Source of the DNA: Granulosicoccus sp.
GTDB taxonomy: Bacteria > Pseudomonadota > Gammaproteobacteria > Granulosicoccales > Granulosicoccaceae
Direction: 5' to 3'
Assembly (NCBI GenBank): GCA_045110515.1
Contig: JBGCGD010000004.1
Span: 89,033-153,032 of the forward strand
Length of the DNA stretch: 64,000 nt
The translations under genes were made by a program, and so were the position numbers. Under the pieces are notes generated by a model that saw nothing but the letters and a program-made list of their open reading frames with translations, did no database searches and was not told where the DNA came from. This document shows positions 28,838 through 37,719 of this stretch, one piece after another (positions within the stretch are counted from its first letter, which is position 1; each line of letters begins with the position of its first letter).

Positions 28838-29659
28838 ATGAGCAACGACTTAATGATAGATGCACCAGCTTATAAAAGCTGCCACGGGATGCAGCTAGCC
28901 TACAGGCGCCAACAGGCTGCTGTATCGACTGCTGATAAACAAGCTGATGAAATACCGCATGTTGTGTTCTGCGGTGGATTTCATTCCAACATGATGGGAA
29001 CAAAAGCCGTGTCACTAGCTCAGACCTGCTCTGAGCTAGGCGTGTCGTATACCCGATTTGATTATCGCGGCCATGGCGAATCTGAAGGGGACCCGGCGGC
29101 TTTCTCACTCTCGGATTGGTTGGACGATACGCTGTGTGTCTTAGAAGACATCCAAGCACCGTTGATTTTGGTCGGCTCATCGATGGGCGCCTGGCTAGCC
29201 TCGCTGTGTGCAACCCGGAAGAATAATCAGCTGCATGGATTATTGCTTATTGCAGCCGCTCCGGATTTTCTGCAAGAACTTATTCAGCCGCGACTCACAC
29301 CAGCAGATATCTGGGATCTGCAACAGGGTCAGACTCTGGCTTTGCCTAACGCGTACGCAGATCCTCACCCCCTTACACAAGCACTACTGGACAGTGGAAA
29401 AGCCCTGTCGATACTGAATCCTTCGTCACAGCAAGCTGACAATCAACTGGGGAAGCTTGACTGCAAAATTCGGCTAATTCATGGAACACAGGACACCGAC
29501 GTACCTTACTCGTTGTCGCTAAGACTGATGGAGAAATGCGTTAACGCAGATGCGCAGCTGACTCTACTTAACGGCGCCGACCATCGCTTGTCTGACGAAA
29601 GATCACTTGCGTGCATCCGACAAAATCTTAAAGACCTTATTTGCAGCCACCGTACCTAG
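28838..29659 (+). CDS. Alpha/beta hydrolase (ABHD10-like)
   Basis: GGFHSNMMGTKA, RFDYRGHGES, GSSMG nucleophile, HGTQDTDVP and DHRLS. Confidence 0.88.
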   Translation: MSNDLMIDAPAYKSCHGMQLAYRRQQAAVSTADKQADEIPHVVFCGGFHSNMMGTKAVSLAQTCSELGVSYTRFDYRGHGESEGDPAAFSLSDWLDDTLCVLEDIQAPLILVGSSMGAWLASLCATRKNNQLHGLLLIAAAPDFLQELIQPRLTPADIWDLQQGQTLALPNAYADPHPLTQALLDSGKALSILNPSSQQADNQLGKLDCKIRLIHGTQDTDVPYSLSLRLMEKCVNADAQLTLLNGADHRLSDERSLACIRQNLKDLICSHRT

Positions 29660-29662
29660 TTC

Positions 29663-32119
29663 ATGAAAATTGACGCTGCGATTGCTCAAACCGAACAGTG
29701 GTTTTCGCATAATTCATGGACCGTTTTCGATTTTCAAAAGAGTGCGTGGCAAGCCTGGCACGACCGAAAATCAGGGTTGATTCACTCGCCCACAGGTAGC
29801 GGGAAAACGCTAGCAGCATGGCTAGGGCCCGTTCAATCGCTGCTTGCTAATGGCTCAGAAGACGACAGACTACAGGTTCTTTGGATAACGCCCTTACGCG
29901 CACTGGCGAATGATACTCGGGATCATTTACAAGACGCACTTGATGCTTTGGACATCGATGCGTCTGTGCAGATTCGCACCGGCGACACGTCCTCTAGCGA
30001 CAGAAACAAACAACGTGACACGCCGCCATACGCGCTGGTAACCACACCTGAAAGCTTATCCATCATGCTTAGCTATCCGGGGTCTGACATTGGCTTGTCC
30101 GGTATTCACACTGTCATCGTCGATGAATGGCATGAGTTAATGGGGTCTAAAAGAGGCGTACAGCTTCAACTGTGTCTGGCGCGGTTGCGATCATTGTGTA
30201 ACTCACTTTCGATCTGGGGAGTTTCCGCCACCCTTGCTAATTTAGATGAAGCTTTAAGCGTGCTACTCGGACCAGAAAAAGACGGCTCCATAATACAAGG
30301 GCTAGTACCAAGATCTATTGAGGTTAACAGTGTCATTCCTAAAGACAAGGCAACGTTTAAGTGGTCGGGACACTTAGGCCTTCAACTGGTAGAACCTGTT
30401 ATAGACGCAATAAGTTCTGCTGACACAACGCTGTTATTTACAAACACACGGTCGCAAGCAGAGCTATGGTTCCAAGCCCTTCTTGATAAAAAACCTGAAT
30501 GGTTGCACACCATTGCTCTTCATCATGGCTCGCTGGATAGAAACCTTAGAACCTCGATAGAAAACAGACTTCGTGATGGAGATCTACACTGCGTCGTGTG
30601 CACGTCATCATTGGACCTCGGTGTCGACTTCAGCCCGGTAGATCAAGTGCTTCAGGTGGGAAGTCCCAAAGGGGTTGCGCGCCTTGTGCAACGCGCAGGG
30701 CGGAGCGGCCATCGCCCAGGTAGCACCTCACGCATTCTGTGCGTTCCCACAAACGCACTAGAAATGATCGAGATCGATGCGGTTAGACGAGCTCTGGCTC
30801 AGGGACGAATTGAAGGGCGGCGTCCACCCACACGCTCGCTGGATGTATTAAGCCAGCACTTGGTAACGATTGCCATGGGGACAGGCTTTGTCGAACAGAC
30901 AATGCGGGAAGAGATCGAAGATACCCATGCTTTTCACGAAATCACAGATGCTGAATGGCAATGGGTTATGGATTTTATTTCTCGCGGCGGACAAGCTCTA
31001 CAAGGCTATCCGCAATACCACAAAGTGCTAAACGTGGCCGGAACTTACCGTGTAATGAACAAGGAGGTTCAACAACGACACAGACTCGGCATCGGCACTA
31101 TTTCAAGTGATGCACAAATAAACGTATCGTTCCGCGGCGGAAAACGATTAGGCACCACTGAAGAGAGCTTTATAGCGAGATTAAAACCGGGGAATACGTT
31201 TCAGTTCTCGGGAAGACAACTGGAGCTTGTTAGCGTTAAAGATATGACGGCCTATGTTAAAAAATCCACGCGCAGAAGTAAGGTCGTTCCACGATGGTGG
31301 GGAACCCAACTACCGTTGACCAGTGAGCTGTCTGACTCTGTGCAAAATACCTTGTATTTGTGGAGGGAGAAAAAGGCGACTTCCCCCGAATTAGATTGCA
31401 TGCACGACGTACTTTCGCTTCAGCAAGCCTGGTCGTACCTGCCGGGACCTGAAGATTTTCTTATCGAGTCCATAACGACCTATGAAGGACATAGCCTTTT
31501 CTTCTTCCCATTCGCCGGGAGATTGGCCCACGAGGGCTTGTCCATGGTCATTGCCTCTCGTCTCTCAGAGTTGACGCCATCAACGTATACATTGCAGATA
31601 AACGATTACGGCTTCGAGCTTCAAAGCCCAGAGCCAATTGACGTCGATTTGGATCAACTTAAAACCCTATTCACACCTGAAATGCTCCTTGAAGACATTC
31701 TCAAAGCGATCAACTCAGGTGAAATCGCAAAACGCAGGTTCAGAGACATTGCCCGCATCGCCGGACTCATATTCGATGGCTATCCGGGAAAACCCAAAAG
31801 CGCAAAACAATTGCAAACATCCAGTGGTTTAATTTTCGAAGTATTAAAAAATCACGATGCCGACAACTTGTTGCTTGAGTTAGCTCATAGGGAAGTGCTA
31901 GAGCAGCAACTGGAATTTCATCGATTAGAAAATACCTTGAAGAGTCTGAGTAAAAAACAGTGGAGACTCGAGCAACCCGAGCGTTTAACGCCATTGTCAT
32001 TTCCGTTGTGGGCGGAAAACTTAAATAGCCAAACTCTGACATCTATGAACTTTCAGGACAGAATTACCAGTATGCTGGGTAGCTTAGAGCACGCGGCTTT
32101 AGAAACGCTTGATCAATAG
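29663..32119 (+). CDS. Ligase-associated DNA damage response DEXH helicase (Lhr-core type)
   Basis: PTGSGKT, TPLRALA, TTPESL, DEWH, SAT, HHGSL and QRAGRSGH; lacks the long Lhr C-terminal extension. Confidence 0.9.
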   Translation: MKIDAAIAQTEQWFSHNSWTVFDFQKSAWQAWHDRKSGLIHSPTGSGKTLAAWLGPVQSLLANGSEDDRLQVLWITPLRALANDTRDHLQDALDALDIDASVQIRTGDTSSSDRNKQRDTPPYALVTTPESLSIMLSYPGSDIGLSGIHTVIVDEWHELMGSKRGVQLQLCLARLRSLCNSLSIWGVSATLANLDEALSVLLGPEKDGSIIQGLVPRSIEVNSVIPKDKATFKWSGHLGLQLVEPVIDAISSADTTLLFTNTRSQAELWFQALLDKKPEWLHTIALHHGSLDRNLRTSIENRLRDGDLHCVVCTSSLDLGVDFSPVDQVLQVGSPKGVARLVQRAGRSGHRPGSTSRILCVPTNALEMIEIDAVRRALAQGRIEGRRPPTRSLDVLSQHLVTIAMGTGFVEQTMREEIEDTHAFHEITDAEWQWVMDFISRGGQALQGYPQYHKVLNVAGTYRVMNKEVQQRHRLGIGTISSDAQINVSFRGGKRLGTTEESFIARLKPGNTFQFSGRQLELVSVKDMTAYVKKSTRRSKVVPRWWGTQLPLTSELSDSVQNTLYLWREKKATSPELDCMHDVLSLQQAWSYLPGPEDFLIESITTYEGHSLFFFPFAGRLAHEGLSMVIASRLSELTPSTYTLQINDYGFELQSPEPIDVDLDQLKTLFTPEMLLEDILKAINSGEIAKRRFRDIARIAGLIFDGYPGKPKSAKQLQTSSGLIFEVLKNHDADNLLLELAHREVLEQQLEFHRLENTLKSLSKKQWRLEQPERLTPLSFPLWAENLNSQTLTSMNFQDRITSMLGSLEHAALETLDQ

Positions 32120-32134
32120 ACAATACGTGCGTGT

Positions 32135-32842
32135 ATGAACAACTTCGAATCGTGTTCACTTGCTATACAGTGCCAAGGGCAATTGCTATTACTGCACCCA
32201 CAGGGCGTTATCTTCTGGCCTGAACAGCATATTCTATTTGCAGCCGATGTCCATGTGGGCAAGGAGCATCGTTTCGGACGCGCCGGCATACCTATTCCTG
32301 GTGGTATAAGCGAAGCAACGCTTGTCAATTTGTTTTCACTAGCAGAAGAAGCTGGCGCTCAAAGGCTAATTATTTTGGGGGATTTTATGCACAGTGCCCC
32401 GCTATCCAGTGAGTCATGGCTGGCTGAGCTCAGCCGACTTCTTGATAAGAACCTTAACTTAGCGATTGAAGTTGTCGCAGGTAATCACGATAAGTTAAGC
32501 GGCCAAACCACTATCGACCCTCGCATAGTGTGGCATCAAACCTCATTGACGGTAGAGCCTTTTGTTTTAAAACATGAACCGGGCAAAGATGACAAAGGGT
32601 TTGTACTGTGTGGTCACTTGCATCCCGCTTGGCGTCTAAAACAGTCGCGCCGCGCATCGCTTAAAGCGCCTGCTTTTTGGTTTACCAAAGACTATGCCGT
32701 ATTGCCTGCCTTCGGGCATTTTACGGGCGGTGTTGTAGTGGACGCTAACCTTAAGGAAGATTCAATCTATATGATCGGGGAAAACAGCGTAGTAAAGGTT
32801 CCGCTAGATCGAACACACCCTAAACGCCGGACACAAGCGTAA
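32135..32842 (+). CDS. pdeM: Ligase-associated metallophosphoesterase/endonuclease PdeM
   Basis: ADVHVGK, LGDFMH, GNHD, GHLHP and PAFGHFTGG; directly follows the helicase. Confidence 0.88.
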   Translation: MNNFESCSLAIQCQGQLLLLHPQGVIFWPEQHILFAADVHVGKEHRFGRAGIPIPGGISEATLVNLFSLAEEAGAQRLIILGDFMHSAPLSSESWLAELSRLLDKNLNLAIEVVAGNHDKLSGQTTIDPRIVWHQTSLTVEPFVLKHEPGKDDKGFVLCGHLHPAWRLKQSRRASLKAPAFWFTKDYAVLPAFGHFTGGVVVDANLKEDSIYMIGENSVVKVPLDRTHPKRRTQA

Positions 32843-32843
32843 C

Positions 32844-33186
32844 TCAGCTATCCAGTGCGCCGGTTCCATGGAGAAGCCGGTGCTTGGGGCAATACTCTCC
32901 AGTCGTGCTTTCTTTTAACTTTCGAAACCGTCGATTGAAGGTGGCAGCCTTTGGCTTTGGCTTTGGCTTTGGCAAGGAAACGAGAAAATACCTGGTTGTT
33001 CATCCCCAACTTTTTGGCGATCTCACTCAGCTAAATAGCTTATGAGCAGTTCTCGCTGAAAGTAGTGCCAATACAACGCATGTTCACGCGTATGCTTTTT
33101 CGCAGCACGTTGGCCAATTCGCTACAGTGACTTCCCATTGTTAGCAAATCGCGAAAGCACAGCTTGTTTGCCAGTAAAGAATATTT
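32844..33186 (-). pseudogene. Decayed AraC/XylS-family regulator remnant
   Basis: Manual translation gives FSENCS*AI*LSEIAKKLGMNNQVFSRFLAKA (first HTH, two in-frame stops), then (GCCAAA)4 and a frameshift into ATFNRRFRKLKESTTGEY (AraC second-HTH end). Confidence 0.7.
32950..32973. repeat. Hexamer microsatellite (TTTGGC)4
   Basis: Read directly; sits at the deletion junction inside the AraC remnant. Confidence 0.9.
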
Positions 33187-33205
33187 TCACGGCACCCCTA
33201 AAACG

Positions 33206-33670
33206 CTACCTAAGCCTTTCAAAAAATTGCTTCAGCCTGCTGGTCGACTCACTAGCAAACACACCTTCCGTTACGGCGATATGCGGCTCTACGCCTGCTA
33301 CTCGTAAGGAGTCATGAATACTGACAACGGCGCCTGTTCGTGGCTCGCGAGCACCGAACACAAGCCGCGAAACTCTAGACTGGAGCAGCGCGCCACAACA
33401 CATCAGGCATGGCTCTAACGTCACATAAAGAGTTGCGCCATCTATTCTAAAGTTTCCCACGGCCTTGGCCGCAGCTTTGAGTGCCACAATCTCAGCATGT
33501 CCTGATGGATCTTTGTCCTCAACACAGCGATTTCGCCCTTCTCCAATAATGGAGTCAGACAATACAACCACCGCCCCTACTGGAATTTCACCGGCCGCAG
33601 CAGCCTCCGCAGCCAGCTCGAGAGCCCGGCCCATGTAAAGACTATCCAGTCGTTGTTGATTCAATGCCAC
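33206..33670 (-). CDS. tadA: tRNA-specific adenosine deaminase
   Basis: EIPVGAVVV, DPSGHAE, LYVTLEPCLMC and LKQFF. GTG at 33670 follows an AGGAG RBS; the ORF track starts at 33703. Confidence 0.88.
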   Translation of the reverse strand: MALNQQRLDSLYMGRALELAAEAAAAGEIPVGAVVVLSDSIIGEGRNRCVEDKDPSGHAEIVALKAAAKAVGNFRIDGATLYVTLEPCLMCCGALLQSRVSRLVFGAREPRTGAVVSIHDSLRVAGVEPHIAVTEGVFASESTSRLKQFFERLR

Positions 33671-33703
33671 CAACCTGACTCTCCTCGCGTTTAACCCGCG
33701 CAT

Positions 33704-33728
33704 AAAAAAGGGAGCCGAAGCTCCCTTT
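33704..33728 (-). terminator. Intrinsic terminator after pnp
   Basis: Minus strand AAAGGGAG-CTTCGG-CTCCCTTTTTT: GC stem, UUCG loop and U-tract. Confidence 0.85.
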
Positions 33729-33755
33729 CTACATTCAAGCTATCGATACGACAGA

Positions 33756-35861
33756 TTAGCTGGAAACAGCCTCGCCTTCTTCAACTGCTTTCATGCTCAG
33801 TCGAATTCGGCCCTGCTTATCAACTTCCAGTACCTTCACCTTAACCACTTGGCCTTCTGACAACTCATCAGCCACGTTTTGAACACGTTGCTCAGAGATT
33901 TGAGAGATATGAACCAGACCGTCTTTGCCAGGCAGGATATTCACGAACGCACCAAAATCCATGATTTTTTGGACGCGGCCTTCGTAAATAGTGCCCACTT
34001 CAATATCAGCAGTGATTAGCTCGATACGACGGCGCGCTTCTTCACCGGCTGTACGATCGCTAGAGGCAATCTTGATGAGTCCATCATCACCGATGTCGAT
34101 AGTTGCGCCAGTCTCTTCAGTTAAGGCACGGATAACTGCTCCGCCTTTTCCGATGACCGCTGCAATTTTCTCAGGGTTGATCTTGATGGTGATGAATCGC
34201 GGGGCATGCTCTGACAGATCGCCACGAGGCTCTGCAAGAACCTTAGCCATTTCACCTAGAATCCAGAGACGACCACCTTTAGCCTGCTCTAACGCTTTTT
34301 CCATAATCTCGCGAGTGATGCCTTGGATTTTAATATCCATTTGCAACGCTGTAACGCCGTCAGCGGAACCCGCAACTTTGAAATCCATGTCGCCAAGATG
34401 ATCTTCATCACCCAGGATATCTGACAGTACGGCGTAACCGTCGTCTTCTTTAATAAGACCCATAGCAATACCTGCCACAGGAGCTTTCAACGGTACGCCC
34501 GCATCCATTAATGCCAAGCTGGTTCCGCACACAGAGGCCATAGAGCTTGAACCATTGGATTCTGTGATTTCCGAGACGACACGAATGGTGTAAGGAAAAT
34601 CTTCTTCATTTGGCATCACTGCCTGAACGCCACGCTTTGCCAATTTACCGTGGCCGATTTCACGACGCTTCGGTGAGCCAACAAAACCAGTCTCACCTAC
34701 AGAGTATGGAGGGAAGTTGTAATGCAGCATGAACGCCATACGAGTCTCGCCACTCAATGCATCGATGATCTGAGCATCACGTGTCGTACCCAATGTGGCC
34801 GCTACGATGGCTTGAGTCTCACCACGAGTAAAGACAGCCGAGCCGTGAGTACGAGGCAAAATACCCGTGTGGACCGAGATAGGACGAACCGTATCAGTGG
34901 TACGACCGTCAATTCGAGGTTCACCCGCAATGATTCGCGAACGTACGATTGATTTTTCAAGCTTAGAGAAAGCATCTTTAACATCGCCGGCGCTGTAACC
35001 TTCTTCGCCTTCAGCTGCTGCCAATGCTTCAACCGCTTTGTCTTTCGCAGCGCCAACGGCATCTTGACGAGCCATCTTGTCTGCAATTTGATACGCAGCC
35101 GTTAGATCAGCGCGAGACGTTGAATCAACTTGAGCAGCCAGAGATTCATCTGCTTCTGGAGCTGACCAATCCCATGAAGTTGCATTGACATCTGCAGCCA
35201 ATGCCTTGATGGCCGTTACCGCTGTTTGCAGTTGCTCGTGACCGAACATAACAGCGTCAAGCATGGTTTCTTCTGAGAGTTGATCGGCTTCTGATTCAAC
35301 CATGAGTACCGCATCGTCTGTACCAGCAACAACAAGGTCGAGTTTAGACTCTTCCATCTGGGAGACAGTTGGGTTCAACACGTACTGGCCATCGATATAG
35401 CCTACTTTGGCAGCACCGATAGGACCTGCGAATGGCATTCCAGAACAGGCCAATGCCGCTGATGCACCAATGAGCGCTGGAATGTCAGCACTGATTTCCG
35501 GGTCGAGAGACATCACTGTGGCAATGACCTGCACTTCGTTCAAAAACCCTTTAGGGAATAGAGGACGAAGCGGACGATCGATAAGCCGTGAAATCAGTGT
35601 TTCTGATTCTGATGGACGGCCTTCACGCTTGAAAAACCCACCTGGGATTTTTCCAGCTGCATAAGTTTTTTCCTGATAGTTGATGGTCAACGGGAAAAAG
35701 TTTTGACCCGGCTTGGCTTGTTTTTGGCCAACCGCGGTAACGAGGACGACGGTGTCGCCCATGCTGGCGACGATAGCGCAGCTTGCTTGACGGGCAATTT
35801 CACCCGTTTGAAGCGTAACTGTTTCGCTGCCAAACTGAAATGTTTTTGAATGTATGGTCAC
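33756..35861 (-). CDS. pnp: Polyribonucleotide nucleotidyltransferase
   Basis: [40 protein letters not shown] and S1 domains. Confidence 0.98.
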   Translation of the reverse strand: MTIHSKTFQFGSETVTLQTGEIARQASCAIVASMGDTVVLVTAVGQKQAKPGQNFFPLTINYQEKTYAAGKIPGGFFKREGRPSESETLISRLIDRPLRPLFPKGFLNEVQVIATVMSLDPEISADIPALIGASAALACSGMPFAGPIGAAKVGYIDGQYVLNPTVSQMEESKLDLVVAGTDDAVLMVESEADQLSEETMLDAVMFGHEQLQTAVTAIKALAADVNATSWDWSAPEADESLAAQVDSTSRADLTAAYQIADKMARQDAVGAAKDKAVEALAAAEGEEGYSAGDVKDAFSKLEKSIVRSRIIAGEPRIDGRTTDTVRPISVHTGILPRTHGSAVFTRGETQAIVAATLGTTRDAQIIDALSGETRMAFMLHYNFPPYSVGETGFVGSPKRREIGHGKLAKRGVQAVMPNEEDFPYTIRVVSEITESNGSSSMASVCGTSLALMDAGVPLKAPVAGIAMGLIKEDDGYAVLSDILGDEDHLGDMDFKVAGSADGVTALQMDIKIQGITREIMEKALEQAKGGRLWILGEMAKVLAEPRGDLSEHAPRFITIKINPEKIAAVIGKGGAVIRALTEETGATIDIGDDGLIKIASSDRTAGEEARRRIELITADIEVGTIYEGRVQKIMDFGAFVNILPGKDGLVHISQISEQRVQNVADELSEGQVVKVKVLEVDKQGRIRLSMKAVEEGEAVSS

Positions 35862-35915
35862 AGAGGGTTCCTGAGAAGAAGGGCGAAAGCTTCGATGAAG
35901 TTTGTCGCGCTCGCG

Positions 35916-36188
35916 TTAGCGGCGCAGACCCAGGCGCTTGATCAGGTTCTGATAGCGGGTGGCGTCTTTTCCGTGGAGGTAATCGAGCAGCTTACGGCGC
36001 TGATTTACCATTCTCAGCAAACCACGTCGTGAGTGGTGGTCATGCTTGTGTTCTTTAAAGTGTTCAGTCAGGTGTGAAATTCTCGCAGACAACAATGCTA
36101 CTTGTACTTCTGGTGACCCCGTGTCTGTAGAGTCAATTTGGTGTTCTTTGACGATTTCCGCCTTTCGTTCAGCGCTTAAGCAAGACAT
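35916..36188 (-). CDS. rpsO: 30S ribosomal protein S15
   Basis: [12 protein letters not shown] and [20 protein letters not shown]. Start set at ATG 36188, which has a GGAG RBS. Confidence 0.96.
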   Translation of the reverse strand: MSCLSAERKAEIVKEHQIDSTDTGSPEVQVALLSARISHLTEHFKEHKHDHHSRRGLLRMVNQRRKLLDYLHGKDATRYQNLIKRLGLRR

Positions 36189-36284
36189 TAAAAGTAATAC
36201 TCCGAAAATACTAAATATGTGTTTTACACGATTAAATGGAACGCACCCGCGAACAATCGGCGCGGGCAACCCCTAATTGTACCA
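36189..36284 (-). promoter_or_regulatory. rpsO promoter (extended -10 TGGTACAAT) and candidate S15 autoregulatory leader
   Basis: TGnTACAAT at 36284-36276, then a CCCGCG/CGCGGG stem in the leader. Confidence 0.5.
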
Positions 36285-36286
36285 GC

Positions 36287-37222
36287 TCAGTTGAATTGAA
36301 GCACCCGCCGGGGTGCGACTTGTTCGCCAGTTTCTGAGAGCTCACCTAGCCCGACCATGACGCCATGCTCGTCATAAACCCGACTCAGGCCTTGTGCATT
36401 CGAGACGGCTTCGGCGATGGGCAAACAAAATGGTGACTGCCCACGACGAAAGGTTGCTACCCCATCTTCCGTTATGGAAACGGCAGCCAGATGGCTCAAT
36501 CCGGCATCCAAAGGTAAAAGCAGTTCATCCAAGGATTTGAAATCCGCAGTGTACCGGGATTCCAGGTGCTCCATAGTCAGCATTTCCCGACGCTCAAAAG
36601 GCGACACAAATGTGCGCCTCAAGGCTGTGACATGCGCACCGCAACCTATCGCCTCACCAATGTCAGTCACCAGAGATCGTATGTAGGTCCCTTTGGAACA
36701 CTTCACCGCCAAACGGGCTACCGAGCCCGAAAACGAAAGAACTTGCAAGTTGTGGATCGTAATAGAGCGTGCCGGCCGCTCGACCTCTTTGCCTTCACGC
36801 GCAAGCTTATACAATCGCTGGCCGTCAATTTTGATGGCAGAAACCATGGGCGGCACTTGTTGGAGCGGTCCCTTAAACTGGTTACAGATGAGCTTGAATT
36901 GCACCTCTGTCAGATCAGCTGGCACATCACGCGTTTCAAGCACTTCCCCGTCGGCGTCAGCCGAATTGGTTGTTACACCCAACTGCAGCGTAGTCTCATA
37001 ACCTTTGTCAGCATCGAGAAGAAAGGCGCTTAGTTTAGTCGCCTCACCGAAACATACAGGCAGCATGCCGGTGGCCAGAGGGTCCAGACTTCCGGTATGC
37101 CCCGCCTTTTGCGCATCAAAAAGTCTTTTCGCTCGCTGCAGAGCATGATTGGAGCTACCGCCTGACGGTTTATCCAACAAAAGAATACCGTGTACCGGGC
37201 GTCCCCGACGTCGACGAGCCAA
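36287..37222 (-). CDS. truB: tRNA pseudouridine(55) synthase
   Basis: GILLLDKP, KAGHTGSLDPLATG and CSKGTYIRSL. TTG start at 37222, just after the rbfA stop. Confidence 0.95.
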   Translation of the reverse strand: MARRRRGRPVHGILLLDKPSGGSSNHALQRAKRLFDAQKAGHTGSLDPLATGMLPVCFGEATKLSAFLLDADKGYETTLQLGVTTNSADADGEVLETRDVPADLTEVQFKLICNQFKGPLQQVPPMVSAIKIDGQRLYKLAREGKEVERPARSITIHNLQVLSFSGSVARLAVKCSKGTYIRSLVTDIGEAIGCGAHVTALRRTFVSPFERREMLTMEHLESRYTADFKSLDELLLPLDAGLSHLAAVSITEDGVATFRRGQSPFCLPIAEAVSNAQGLSRVYDEHGVMVGLGELSETGEQVAPRRVLQFN

Positions 37223-37226
37223 TTTA

Positions 37227-37667
37227 TTAGGAGGGATCGTTACTGCGGCTTTCCGAACTGGCGTCACCATTATCGCCATCGGAGTCAGCGGCACCGTCGT
37301 CATCTTCGCTGGTTGTATTCGTCGCCACAGCATCAGCAATCAATGCAGACATATGCGCACCACGCTCTGCTGAATCATCGTAGTGAAAACGCAACTGTGG
37401 AACCGAGCGCGTATTCATTTGCCGTGCTAATTGCCGGCGCAAAAAACCCGAAGCACGCCCAAGTGCTTCTTGAGTTTCCTGACGCTCTTCAGGATCAAAT
37501 AAAGAGAAATAGACTTTAGCCACAGACAGGTCACGCGACACCTCAACCGATGCAATCGTCAGCATGGGAGAGATACGCGGATCCTTTAGCTCTGTTCTGA
37601 TCAGACCAGAGAGTTCACGTTGAATGAAGTCAGCGACTCGGTGACTTCGGGGATAATCGTTCGGCAC
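37227..37667 (-). CDS. rbfA: Ribosome-binding factor A
   Basis: RSHRVAD…DPR…DLSVAKVY…PQLRFHYD; acidic C-terminal tail. Confidence 0.95.
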   Translation of the reverse strand: MPNDYPRSHRVADFIQRELSGLIRTELKDPRISPMLTIASVEVSRDLSVAKVYFSLFDPEERQETQEALGRASGFLRRQLARQMNTRSVPQLRFHYDDSAERGAHMSALIADAVATNTTSEDDDGAADSDGDNGDASSESRSNDPS

Positions 37668-37719
37668 TTGCGTTTACAGTCTCAACGTGAACTTCAATGT
37701 GATAAAGAAATTGCCCGCG

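Noticed and set aside
28794-29213. N-terminal 140-aa extension of the HAD ORF in the track
   Set aside because: It overlaps the alpha/beta hydrolase on the opposite strand; the HAD domain and an RBS begin at 28793.
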